DNA of 64,000 nucleotides from Diadema antillarum (lineage: Eukaryota), in the NCBI RefSeq assembly GCF_040938485.1, contig NW_027271683.1:930001-994000 (forward strand), read 5' to 3'. This document shows positions 25,626-37,694 of this stretch, piece by piece. The number at the start of each line of letters is the position of its first letter. Within the stretch, counting starts at the first letter, position 1. Position numbers and translations under genes: made by a program. The notes under the pieces were generated by a model, which made no database searches, was not told the origin of the DNA, and worked only from the letters and a program-made list of their open reading frames with translations.

Positions 25626-26299
25626 AAAAGAGAAAATATTACTCTAAAGTAATATTTTCGTTACTATGAAGTAATATTTTCGTTATATCAAAACACGTTA
25701 CAATATTCAACTTCATCATCCTGCATAATTTGTAACAAATATCAAACATCAGCTATTTAATGGCTTTATTATACACACACAATATACATTATTTAGCCAA
25801 TCCGGATTATAATAAACACGGGGACATTATCGTATGTGTTTCACAACATTATCTCTTCACTTTGCTAAAGTTTAACATTCTGGCTGTGTTGTAACAGACC
25901 TGTATTATAAACCTTCTTTCATGTTTGCACATGTTTTCATACAAATACCGGCAAAATTTAAGGAGTAATTACTGTAAACATTTTCTGTTAAAAGGAAACA
26001 CCTTAATATTTCAGAAGGAGCCATTTTATGTCTCCCTTACAAAATACATGTGTACTTTTGTTGGTATCGTGTCCTTCCACAAAAAGAAAAAAAAAACATT
26101 TGAGCATCGTTTCTCCATTCTTTGAAATTCATTTCAATCCTTCCAGTTTGAAATGCAGCACAACCTAATATTTCTCATGATTTCAATTATCCCTTCTTCT
26201 TTTCACTTACAAAACAAAATGGCGGGAATGACACTAACTGTGTGTCTAAAACTTGAAACATGAACATTCCCATCCTACTTCGTGCTTTAACACTTGTTT

Positions 26300-27436
26300 A
26301 ACGAGAAACTACACTCTTGCTTGAGTTTTCCTAATGCCAACGTGACCTCCCATGGGAATTTCATGAGCAACTCTCAGTATCTCTCTACGATAATTCACTG
26401 GCAACTTTATTTGATGCACCACTGATCAACTTTCACTGGCCGGCCTATCAGGGGGGCCGCCCCTTCCTCATCAACACACCGGATCTCCTGTGGAAGCACT
26501 CCGGCATACCAGCAGTTTCATTCTCGGAAACAGCAGTAAGAAGCAAACGTTCAAGTGTTGGATCTTTTTGCTGCGCTGCAATCAGGGAAGAAGGACAATA
26601 CTTGCCATAATTAGACTGAGCAGAAACATCATCTAAGTTAGCAAAAAACGTTCCTGCCAACCGAACAGAGTCATCTACAGACCCAAAATCATCTGCCTCG
26701 TCTTGCTTCGCCTGACCTGATTGTGACCTTGTCACCACACAAACAGGAAATACATCCGGGAATTCTTCTAGCAACTTTTCAGTTTCAGGTTCAACAACCG
26801 GATCACTTGACACAATTGGTGAGACTGAGACCTTTCTCCCAGCCAAATCGTTCCCATCAACAAATCAACCCCATCCATGGGCAGACCGGGAACCACACCA
26901 ACCATAACAACTCCAGTGACTAAGTCACTCTTCAAGTGTATCCTATACAAAGGTACAGAAACGTAGGTTCCATCAATACCCTGTATCAGTGCACTAGCAC
27001 AAGATGAACCATCAGCAGGCAATTTATTCACATCACCTGCAAGGAGAGACTGCGCTGCTCCGGTGTCCCGCAGGATTCTCACCGACTGCACTGCACCGTC
27101 ACCAGATTGCCAAGAAACCTCACCCTTTGACATGAAGCCACGGTAACACTCAGACATGTTATCTACACCTCCAGGGTTATTGCTTCTATACACTTTTTCA
27201 AGACGGTCATGCCCCAAAACAGCAGCACTAATTCGTTCTCCTAAAACTGCAAGTACGGGTTTGGCACCCTGCTTTTTACTATCCCGTTGTAGCTTACAAC
27301 ATTGTATCTGAACATGTCCCTTCTTGGAACAATAGTGACATGTCACCTCTTTCTATTCAGCCTTTCTCAACTGTTTAATCTTTGGCAGAAAAACACCACC
27401 GTCCACAAAATCCTGCACTGAAAATTCCCCAGACAT
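26300..27436 (-). pseudogene. Degenerate gag-protease-integrase fragment
   Basis: MSGEFSVQDFVDGGVFLPKIKQLRKAE* (ATG at 27436) joins KEVTCHYCSKKGHVQIQC, then ILRDTGAAQSL...GVDLLMG, a frameshift, QQKDPTL...VLMRK, a frameshift, and QIKLPVNYRREILRVAHEIPMGGHVGIRKTQARV*. Confidence 0.85.
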
Positions 27437-27575
27437 GGTTCAGTATACACAATACTTGACACACTAATGAAAACTTTACTGCAAACTTTGCAACAGTAGA
27501 ACAAGAGCACAAGAACAAGCCTATATTTAGACTTAATTTGAACAATGAAATACAAGGCTTGCGAAATTCGGTTTA

Positions 27576-27589
27576 CGGACAAGCCCCCA
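27576..27589 (-). other. Primer-binding site for tRNA-Pro
   Basis: Minus strand TGGGGGCTTGTCCG, 3 nt from the 5' LTR, matches 13/14 to the tRNA-Pro PBS TGGGGGCTCGTCCG. Confidence 0.85.
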
Positions 27590-27592
27590 ATT

Positions 27593-28606
27593 TGTTACGG
27601 TCAAGTTCACACAAATAAATACGAGGTGGTCTCGGCGAATTGAAATGAACAAATCTTCCGGAACTTTATTAAGAATTTGCTTAACAATCAGTTTCATCGG
27701 AATGATCATTCTTATTTAAAGCGTTGCAGCGAAATTAACCATAACAATTCAAGGTTAGATTGGATCGTTTCAACAAAAGATATTAACTTAAAGACGGATT
27801 ATGTGATATCTGGCCAGGGTTTTATCCTAACAGAACCAACGTCGGGGCCCAACTCATCTGCGACGTGACGGGGAGGCGACGCCAGACGCTATCATATCAC
27901 GTGGGGAACGCGTCGATGCACGGGGACGTCGTCGGATCAGCAGGCAACGCTATCTCACTCAGGTCAGCTTGCAGCTCCGCGACTACGCCGGGCAGAAGGG
28001 AGTTGGCCGCCAGGTGCGCGTTGCCACTCACACAGTCTCGACGCCCTGGATCGACCTTGGCGTGGCTCCCACTAGTTGCCGTGTAGCAATCACAGGTGGG
28101 CGTTGGCTCCAGACCGCCTGGTGGTTCGCCTGGCCAAGTCAACGAAAACTTATCGACGCCGTCGACGTCGAAGGGAAACGGGCTAGAAGCAGGTTGACAT
28201 CTCCTGGATTATCCTGCTGTTTAGCACTTTAACTCAGTTCGCAGAATACTTGTCTTAGGGAAAGCAATTTCTCCCAAGACCACGGACGGGACGTTGAGAA
28301 AGTTATAACGCTCCTCTCTAACCGGAGTCTGATTGTCGACTGACGCGAGCAATGGATTTTTTAATACGAGCATTCTCACATACATGGAAAATTCCGTCAG
28401 GCACGCCTAGCTTAATATATTCACAACATTAAACTCAACCTGGGCGAAATGTGCGGGACTGCGGTTCAAACGAATAACTCGACATGAAGATTACATAACC
28501 GGCGGTGTTTACAAACATTCGCGATCGCGCATGCACGTGTGATCGTATACACATGATCATAAAACATAGAACTACATTCTAAAGTGATTACATGGGCAAA
28601 TTCGTA
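27593..28606 (-). repeat. 5' LTR (~1014 bp)
   Basis: Direct repeat of 24634-25614. The outer terminal ACA is replaced by TAA, so no TSD can be read. Confidence 0.9.
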
Positions 28607-28939
28607 TAATAAGAGAGAAAGATAAAGATGAGAGTGTGTATGTGTGTGTGTGGTTGCAGTAATATATCAATATTTCTCCACTTTTTAAATTTTTGTTTTG
28701 GTTTTTCCGTGGATAGGTGGATTTTGTTTTCGGTATATCATGTATTAATGTCTTTTCTTATATGTCCAGTATTATATTCAATGTGTTGGATTTTGAAAAT
28801 TATCAATCAGCTACACTTACAATTGCTTACAGCAACTTACCTAAGGTTTGGATTTGTCTACCGCCCCCATCCCACCCCCCCCCCCCCCCAAAAAAAAGCG
28901 CGTATAATAATTTATAAATGGATTTAGGTAATAGGCCTA

Positions 28940-29019
<80 letters not shown>

Positions 29020-29109
29020 CTGTAGGTGCAAACAAAAATGATTTTGTCGATTACGCGGTCAGAGTGTAACAGACGCTTGAAGAGGTCTCTTGCTGGCAAG
29101 TACTATAAG

Positions 29110-29205
29110 AGAGCAATAAAAAGGGTGAGTTTAGAATCGTCAATCAAACAGATCAGTGTCAAGGCAGATGGGTGAATTGTAAAACAACCGGAATAATTGC
29201 AGCGT
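29110..29205 (+). promoter_or_regulatory. Shared upstream module, GPCR5
   Basis: GAGTTTAGAATCGTCAATCAAAC...TGTAAAACAACCGGAATAATTGCAGCGTCATG, about 645 nt upstream of the ATG. Confidence 0.5.
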
Positions 29206-29824
29206 CATGTTAGTACCGTTTACCATGCGATCATCAAACCAACTGCACTGATGTTTGACAATTGACATGTAGGGATGTTTAAGCAGTTTCCCTGTCAGTT
29301 TTTATGGCGCCTCAGAAACCTACACGCTCACCCATTATGATCTATACCTCATTACAATCACGTCGGTGGGTGAAGTTGATCGTGGGAATAGCTCTTCATA
29401 ATCAGCCTAGTTGGAAACGTACATCTCTTGGATATCCGCGCCTGTCGATTAAGCGTCACTTTTCGAGAAAAAAAAGGTTTATTATTGTTGGTGGGAATTC
29501 TACGCTTTGAAAGAAGACAAAATGTTTCAATAGACGACAAGGTCTGTACAACTGAAGCGTGTAAAGACGCACATTCCAACATTCATTGTGGAGACTAAAG
29601 TTCTGTCATCCGTCTAGTACGTGAAAAGCATGCTAGGTGTATTTATTCCGTCTTCTTCAATGCTTGTTGGAAAACAGCAAAGAATCGTTGGCATTGTGTC
29701 AAAAAGATTCAAACAAACAATGAGAGGAAAATTACGACTGTGTTAAACTTTACATCATTGTACGTAAGCTGAACGGTTTCATTGTTTCGCCAAATAAATC
29801 TGATATCTGAAATTGGTGGACAAA

Positions 29825-30931
29825 ATGTCGAATTCAAACTTCTGTGAGATAGTCAATGTCACAAGCGTTCTTGATGAAGCTCTTGGAGACATAGCATTTT
29901 CTGCCGTTACGTACATTCAACTCGGGGTCTCGAACCTGTTGAACCTGTTCTTGTTGATTGCTCTGCGAACTCCTCTGGAAAGCTTTGACGAGATATCCCA
30001 TCGGTTCTTTCGAGTGATTGCTGTTTTGAATTGGCTGTACAGTGCGTACAGTCTCGTCATTCGTACTTATGCAACGATTTCACAACAATCGCTCATTCTG
30101 ATTCAGGCGCTTTTCGTAGACATTTCGTTCGTGATGTCAACTCAAAGCCTTACATTACTGATCAATCTTAATAGATATATCATGATAACGCGACCTCTAC
30201 GATACAGTACTCTGGTTAACGCTCGCCGAGCCAACGTTGCAATTTTGGGAATTATCCTGTTCTCAATGCTGTCTCTTGCCGCTGCTCCCTTCCCCGATTC
30301 GCCCTACGAAAGAATACTGTCTGCATTCATTCAGTGTGACAATGATTCTCTCGGACATTTTTTTGAAACGTTGCAGGTCATCGTTTGGATAGCGGTGATA
30401 TCATCTGTGGGATTGATTATATTCGTAACAGGTATAAACATGCACACCTTAATAATTGCAAGGCGTCTTCATAGGCAGGTTTTCATGCAGCCACCAGTAG
30501 TTGCCGACCCATTAGGAGTCACAAAGAACCATAATCAGAAAGATAAGAAATTGTCGCATGAAAACCGGCAAACCCCGGTAGAAAAGAAAATCATGAATTC
30601 GCGCCATGACAAGTCAACAAACGATCTGGACCGGCCTGCCCGCGAGCCGAAAAAGTCGTTCAAGGCAGCTATCACAGTGGCGCTCGTAACAGGTTCTTTC
30701 TACCTGTATTGGATCCCGCAGCTTGTGAGTGTATCGTGGGTTCCATTGATGGGGCTGTCACCTCCGTTGTGGTGGACTTACATATCAGCGAGTCTTATTT
30801 ACAGCAGTTTGTGGTTGAATGTGATCATCTTAATAGTGACCGATAAGCATCTCAAGAGGAGAACCGGGATTCTCATCGGACGCATAGATATGAAGCAATG
30901 CCGGAATCCCTTCTTCGGTGTCTTTGTATAA
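29825..30931 (+). CDS. GPCR5: intact intronless class A 7TM receptor, 368 aa
   Basis: Open ORF. ATG 29825 (MSNSNFC) was chosen because it puts Cys at position 7 as in the paralogs. ICL3 is 3 aa shorter. Confidence 0.92.
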   Translation: MSNSNFCEIVNVTSVLDEALGDIAFSAVTYIQLGVSNLLNLFLLIALRTPLESFDEISHRFFRVIAVLNWLYSAYSLVIRTYATISQQSLILIQALFVDISFVMSTQSLTLLINLNRYIMITRPLRYSTLVNARRANVAILGIILFSMLSLAAAPFPDSPYERILSAFIQCDNDSLGHFFETLQVIVWIAVISSVGLIIFVTGINMHTLIIARRLHRQVFMQPPVVADPLGVTKNHNQKDKKLSHENRQTPVEKKIMNSRHDKSTNDLDRPAREPKKSFKAAITVALVTGSFYLYWIPQLVSVSWVPLMGLSPPLWWTYISASLIYSSLWLNVIILIVTDKHLKRRTGILIGRIDMKQCRNPFFGVFV

Positions 30932-31518
30932 ACACTGTAGTCATTGGGTTTTTAAGTGGATTAGTCATCATATTGAAAACTAGAAATAAATGAATGTCGA
31001 GATATTTATTCTCAGCATCATTTCCATTGTTGGCTTTGATCCATATGTTATCAGTACACTTCGGTTTTCTCTAATTTTATTTTCATCTGTGTCTCTGATT
31101 TTACATTGCATTTTCCCTTGTCTGCTCAGGAAACTATTTGTATGTTCTGTGTGGCAGAAAATATCTGAAAAAAAATCATTCCATCCAAGCTCGTTGACGT
31201 TAATAGGTTCCAATTATTACATAAAATCTTCAGAAAAGTATCGTTGAATTGAAAACAAAATTCAGATGTTTTCACTAAACTGAATAATAATGGGAATATA
31301 CAATTGAAATACAACTATATGTGTAATATTGATTGTTCAAGCAATTATTGTCATGATGGCATTCATTTTCAAAGTTTTTGAATGGAAAGTGAATATTAAA
31401 CTAGGGCCCAGCACAGTGCAACGGTGCGTAAAAAGCTGTCTTAATATATTTTCATATTATATCTCTTTATACAATGATCAGATGTATGTATCATGTAACA
31501 AAACACAGATGTTGCTTA

Positions 31519-31520
31519 CT

Positions 31521-31557
<37 letters not shown>

Positions 31558-31838
31558 GAGTGAAAATATTGACTCTTAAAGGAGTGAATACAAAAAAAAA
31601 AGAGAGTGAATTTAGAGTGAAATTGGAGTGAACTTTGAATGAAAATTTTCATTTTCACTCATTTTGGAGTGACGTCAGGGATCACTCGAAGATTTTGGAG
31701 TGATCCCTGAGGTCACTCTAAAACGAGTGAAAATGAATATTTTTACTCAAAATTCACACCAAATTCACTCTAAATTCACTCTTTTTTTGTATTCACTCCT
31801 TTAAGAGTGAATATTTTCACTCGATTTTTTTTAGAGAG
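31519..31838. mobile_element. Fold-back MITE, palindromic over its whole length, TA-flanked
   Basis: TA|CTCTCTTTAAAA...CTCGAGTGAAAATATT...GTGACGTCAGGGATCACTC (apex at about 31690) GAGTGATCCCTGAGGTCAC...AATATTTTCACTCGATTTTTTTTAGAGAG|TA; rich in GAGTGA/TCACTC submotifs. Confidence 0.85.
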
Positions 31839-31899
31839 TAGATATAACCTTGATAATGTCTTTTTAAAAGGAAAATCAAATAAAACTTTGAAGAGTTAA

Positions 31900-32292
31900 A
31901 GGGATAGTACAGCATTTGTTTAGATTCAGGTCTTCAACATTTTCTAGCTACTTAAGAAACCATTTTTACACGAAATGTTAAAGAGCATAGGCCTACTAGT
32001 CTAGAGGAATTCAAAGTTTATTTGACGAAAATTGGTTTTGAAATGGCTGAGATATCCACAAACAAAGTAAAACAAAGCGATCCTGATAAAAAATGGTTCC
32101 ACTTTTTATTAAGATCGTATTGCTTTGGATATATCAGTCATGTGAAATTCAATTTTCATCAAATAAACTTTACATTCCTTTTAGAATAATATGCTCTTTC
32201 TTATTTCATGAGGTCCCTCATTATCTTGAAATATCACCATAAAAACCGCTGAAAACCTGAGCCCCCATCTCAATCGAGACCATACGATCCTT
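31900..32292. mobile_element. Kolobok-like non-autonomous element
   Basis: TTAA|AGGGATAGTAC...CATACGATCCTT|TTAA: TTAA TSD, purine-purine start, short imperfect TIR and an internal inverted repeat (ATGGCTGAGATATCC / GGATATATCAGTCAT). Confidence 0.6.
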
Positions 32293-33804
32293 TTAAATCG
32301 TGAAAAAATGATGGATATCTTCAAAGAGGCATAAATCTGAAAATGGCTGTTAAGTAATCTCTTTACTTTTGAAATTCAAATTGATTACTATAACGGTCAA
32401 ACCAATCAAAGACTTGACAAGTCATTTATTTTTTGTTCAATGCAGATCGTTCATTTTTCTATTTCATGAGAAGACAACAATGAGAAAAAAGACATGCATG
32501 AAATCACAGAGGGAGAGAGAGGTAAAAAACGGGAAAATGTTTATTTTTCAAACTTGTTCTTTTTCGAAACAATTTATCACAAACTGTCATACGATGGGGT
32601 TACGTTCATTTGTGAAACAAGTTTTTATTGTGTTATTACAAATCTACTTGGATATCGATAATGACTTCCCTTATGATATTTTTCTATTACCCTTTTCGTC
32701 TGTCACGCCCTGTCATCTGTAATTGTGATATAACAATAAGTCTTCAGAGAGCTGTCCCTATCAAAGCAGCTTCGAGACGGAACTAGGATCGAAGGGGTAC
32801 GGGTGCTCGTTTTTCCCCCATATATTTCTATCTTTCCAACTCCTTAGACATCAATTGGAAAAGTGAAATCAAATGAATAGCACCTCCTGCAACAACAACA
32901 AAAAAGTAATCATGTGTCACGCATGAAGAATATGATAAGCAATTTCTCATTACTATTACGTCTTTATCAATACCATATTAATCTGCGATACTTTTTTTTC
33001 CGTTGTGTGTACATGACACTTCTCATTACCACGCTTATTCATGGCGCAAATATACAGCGTCTGCTTTTTTTTGTTGAGCATTGCATCGACACTGTCACGT
33101 GCTGTAAACATCACTGACATTAATGGTTCTTACTCCGTCAAAACACAGTAGCCTACGACGTTTATTGAAAACGACTTTATTAACTGAGTTCAGACTGTAG
33201 CTTGTGCTAGATCGAGTAATTGAAAACGTTAGGGAAATTTTCTTCATTTATTTTCCTTTTTCTTGATTTACTTTTCTTTCTGCATCTGCATGATGTGTTA
33301 AGAACAAGGATTAGTCTTCAAATGTCAATCTGTCAGTGTGTGCATGGTTTCATTGATCACATACAGTGATTACGATGCATGCATGACATAATCTACATAC
33401 GAGCAAATCGTCTTTCGAATAGCAATATAAGAACCCTTGTGGTGTAATGCAGACTCTTTCTACTTTTGGTGGGTTATTAATTTTTGTTGCTGTTGAACGT
33501 TCCTTCTCTCCCTCTTCATCTCTTTCCCTCTCGCTTGCTCTGTCACTCTTCATTATGTGATATATATTATATATATGCACATTATGTAAGTATTCATGTT
33601 TATGTACTTATATTTGCATTTTACTTTATACTTCTGTGTGTAATATATAATGAAATGCATGTTTGTATATGAAAGTATACCTCTCTGTATACCTCTTCCT
33701 TTCCGACCTTATTTATCATCTCCCCTTAATCATTATAGCTGAATGTATACATCCCAAACAGAATGCAATTACAAGGACGTATTGTAAATTGACCACAGCC
33801 GCCC

Positions 33805-33841
<37 letters not shown>

Positions 33842-34604
33842 TGTTATTAGTCTCACAACTAAACTCAATCAGTTGAGATAAGAGCGATAAGGGTTTTTAT
33901 TTAGTTATCATCATTTCGCACAAAAGGTATGTCAGGCCTTCATGGAAAACACACACATGTCAGTCACGCGTATTGATGTCCAAAACTTAATTTGTTCTCA
34001 AAAATTAATATCTGAATTTATGAAAGAAAACCAGCAAAATTCTACCTCAAGTGAGAAGCTGACTGACAAGTTATCGTGATCACACGTATTATAGGACCCC
34101 TATTAAATCGGCAAGAATACATTAGTTGTCATAATCATGGGTAAAAATAGTGCTTTAGATGATGGCTCGACGTTGCTGTTTTCCTTTGTTTATACTAATA
34201 TGTTCCGTCTCAGAGCATACGATGCTTAGAAAGTTGTTTGACCTTTTTAGCAAGTATGTCAAAGTTCGGAATGCAAGTTTAATTTTGTTCACATTGGCAT
34301 TATGAACTGATGAAAGATGTATGAATAAAAATATTTGGGTGCGTGTTTTCAGTCTAATGTTCGAATTCATGTTTTGTTTTAAGTTTTGATTATTATAAAA
34401 AATATTCGTAAATCTTTAAGTATTTCAATTTGCCATATTATGTAGGGCAACATGTCTCCCACCCCTACCAGTAAAAAAACAACATATGTAATGCATATAT
34501 CTATAAGTCTAAGGAGCACGCCTCTGCAGATGAAACACAACTATCCCTGCCAGTTTGTAAACAACGCTTAGTGGTCGCTTGTCGGTGAATTAGAGTATGA
34601 ATGC

Positions 34605-34670
34605 AATCTAATCAAAAAGCATTACCCCGTAGAAGAGTGGATTATAAACTTCCGGAGTAATTGCGGCGAA
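34605..34670 (+). promoter_or_regulatory. Shared upstream module, GPCR6
   Basis: AATCAAAAAGC...GAAGAGTGGATTATAAACTTCCGGAGTAATTGC, about 565 nt upstream of the ATG; the homeodomain-like part is deleted. Confidence 0.5.
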
Positions 34671-35209
34671 ATATTGCTTTTCTTTCAATGATCCTACTTG
34701 ATTGATCTTCCACTGTACATCGGATGATGTCTTCGCAGTTTCCCAGCACCCGACTTTTGGCGTTGATGCCACGGAACGGATATACGAATTCGAACAATTG
34801 CCCACGTATCGAAAAGTAGCCTAATTAGTAACTTGGTTTTAGCATCGGTTTTTGTTTCTGTCTTACAGCAGCAAAAAAACAAAAGATAGAAAGAAAAGAA
34901 AAGACGTTTGTCAAGAAAAATCTGATACTTGGAGAGGGCAAGACAGACAATCTCAATAGTAATAGGAGAATAACTTACAAGAGCTTCAATGCACGTTTCT
35001 GTTTCCATAGTAAATCTATCCGGCTAAGTACGTGTATCCATTCTGCCTTCGCCGGACACAAGTCGGAAAGGAACCAATAATCAATTTTACACTAATACGT
35101 TCAATATCATTCTTTGTGTCTGTGCATATTAGAGTGCTATTCGACACGATTCGAGGAGACAAACTGGCTGTTTTTCCCCTGTAATTGATATCGAAAGGTG
35201 GAGCATAAA

Positions 35210-36355
35210 ATGTCGACTTTAGATTTTTGTGCGATGATCAATCTCACAAGCGTGCTCGATCAATCTCTCGGAGAAAATGTATTTTCTGCTATCACTTACA
35301 TTCAACTCGGGGTCGCGAACGTATTGAACATGTTTCTGTTGATCGCTCTCCAGACTCCTCTGGCTAACTTTGACGAGGTATCTCATCGGTTCTTTCGAGT
35401 GCTTGCTGGAGTAAATTGGCTGTACAGTGCGTATTGTCTTATCGTCCGTATCTGTGCAACGATTTTACAAAATCCGCTCATTCAGATTAAGATGGTTTTC
35501 GTAGACGTTTCCTTCATAATGGCAACTCAACTCTTGGCACTGCTAATCAACCTAAACAGGTACATCATGATAACCCGACCTTTGCGATACAGTACTGTTG
35601 TTAACACTCGCCGAGCCAACATTGCACTTGTGGGGATTTTCTTGTTCTCACTAGTATCTCTTTGCAATGCGCCCTTTCCGCGTTCACCTCTCGAAAAAAT
35701 ACTTTCAGCATTCATTGACTGTGACAATGATTCTCTTGAACATCTTTTTGAAATTTTCCATGTCATAGCTTGGATCGCAGTAGTAGTATGTGGAGGAATT
35801 ATTGTATCAATAACCAGCATGAATGGGCACACCTTACTCATTGCAATGCGTCTTCATAGGCAAGTGTTCACCCAGCCACCAGCGGTCCCGGACCCATCGG
35901 GTATTAAAGAAAATCATAATCTTAAAAACCAGAAATTGTCGCATGAAAAACAAGGGACTTCTGAAGCTCCTTGCGAAAACCCACAAACTCATGCGGAAGA
36001 GAAAATCTTCAACAGAAATCGTCGTCTGCGCTTGAAGTCAGCCAACGGTAGGGAACCACCAGCTCGCGAGCTGAGGAAATCGATCAAGGCAACGATCACT
36101 GTGGCTCTCATCACAGGTTCTTTCTACCTGTAATACTGGATCCCTCAGATTGTACATATAACTTGGGTTCCGTTGGTCAGGCTTCCGCCTCCAATGTGGT
36201 GGATGTACTTGGTGGTCAGTCTGGTTTACAGCAGCTTGTGGTTGAACGTTGTCATCCTCATAAAGACAGATAACAATCTTCAGAGGACAGTGAAGAATCT
36301 ACTCGCACGCGTAGATTTTAAAAAGTGCTTGAATCCATTCTTCAGTGTCTTGTGA
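35210..36355 (+). pseudogene. GPCR6: 7TM receptor paralog with an inserted in-frame TAA in TM6
   Basis: CTG TAA TAC TGG at 36128-36139 versus CTG TAC TGG in the paralogs. The frame is intact on both sides (ORFs 35198-36133 and 36173-36355 share a frame). ICL3 has a 10-aa insertion. Confidence 0.88.
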
Positions 36356-37574
36356 ACATTAGATAAGAAGAGAAAAAAAACACCTTCCTATACATATCTC
36401 TGCTTTATACTTAGTAGAAACTTCTTAAAAACATTACATTCAAATATCTGTCGATAGTTATATAGACCTTTCATCTTGCTTGTCAAGTTGTTCATTCTGC
36501 AGATATTTTTGCCTTGCATGTTGGGCCCAATTTTAGCGTCTTATTCCTTATTTTTTCGTAACTAATGTTACCATTGTTTTCATTATTGAAGTACTACCTT
36601 AACCATGGTTAATATGTCATTTTTTAATTATTCTGATGATTAGGATAGAAAGAATATTGATAATAATGGTATTACTATTGTATATTTTATATTGTTGATG
36701 TCGTTAATATTTCATAATCATGTGTAGAGTCATTTTAATTTTCCTTTCCCATTGCCCTCTCGGGACAATATTTGAATGTTCTGTGTGCAGATAATAACAT
36801 CAATCATTCTAATCAGATTCGCTAATCTGAAACAATAAAATTACACACATTTTCACTGAATGAAGTACTGATGGAAAAACTAGAATGTACATTGATGGAT
36901 CAAGCAATAATTGACAGGCTGCAATTCGTTTTCAAAGTTTCTGGCGGAAAACTAATGATAATTAATCCAGCACTGTACATCGACTCGTAGAGTTGCCCTA
37001 ATAAACATGCTATGGCTCCTATAATAATTATCACCTTTATGTAATACAACGCAAATGTGGTTTAAATATAATGTTTCCTTATCTACAGGAAACCGACTTT
37101 TTTTTATTCAAATACAGTTTTGAGGAAAAAGAAAAGGTGTGCCCTATATACCCAGTCGTGCACTGTGCAAAATTGAAGATTTTTCTTGTGAAAGTATGAA
37201 AAAGTCTGAAAATAGCTTTCAAACGATTACTTTATTTCAGGAATACCAATTGATTGCAAGGAAAATAACAGTCACAACAACCAAGAGCTACGACATTCGA
37301 GGAAGAGTAAACCTGAAATATGAGAGGGTGAAAGATAAAGAGATTATTATATATGTATATGTATATATTCCAAATTTTTGTTGGGGTTTGTCAACAATTA
37401 TAGCTACACGTCGCCATGGCTTGGTGCCCTTTATCTCGTATCAAAAACGAAATTATAATGATTCCAACTTGTATTGCGCCAATTCCATTAAATGAAACTC
37501 CAGGTGCACTCGGAGATGATAGTGTAAAGTACTACAGAGAAGCATGTGCAAAGGTGCACTCCTCCAAGACTTTA

Positions 37575-37694
37575 AGGATGGTGAGTTAGCTCTGTCGATA
37601 GCGCGTCTGCCTCATGATCCAAAGGACCCCGGTTCGATTCCCGAGTCCCGCTGAGCAATGTTGTGTAATCATACCGTCCCCTCTAGTAAGAGGC
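37575..37694 (+). mobile_element. 5' part of a tRNA-derived SINE, split by the LINE
   Basis: A-box-like TAGCTCTGTCGATAGCG and B-box GGTTCGATTCC; colinear with 60537-60655 up to CTCTAGTAAGAGGC. Confidence 0.85.

Larger units (their letters stand above)
24634..28606 (-). mobile_element. Internally deleted Ty3/gypsy LTR retrotransposon, Gmr1-like (protease directly followed by integrase)
   Basis: Two ~1-kb direct LTRs, a tRNA-Pro PBS and a PPT in minus orientation. Relic minus-strand gag N-terminus, CX2CX4HX4C knuckle, LRDTGA protease motif, then the integrase N-terminal AHE..MGGHVGIRKT. RT and RNase H are absent. Confidence 0.9.

Noticed and set aside
24686-28232. Duplicated ORFs (24906/27897, 24978/27969 etc.) as conserved small genes
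   Set aside because: They are repeated only because they lie inside the two LTRs, and they have no recognisable protein motifs.
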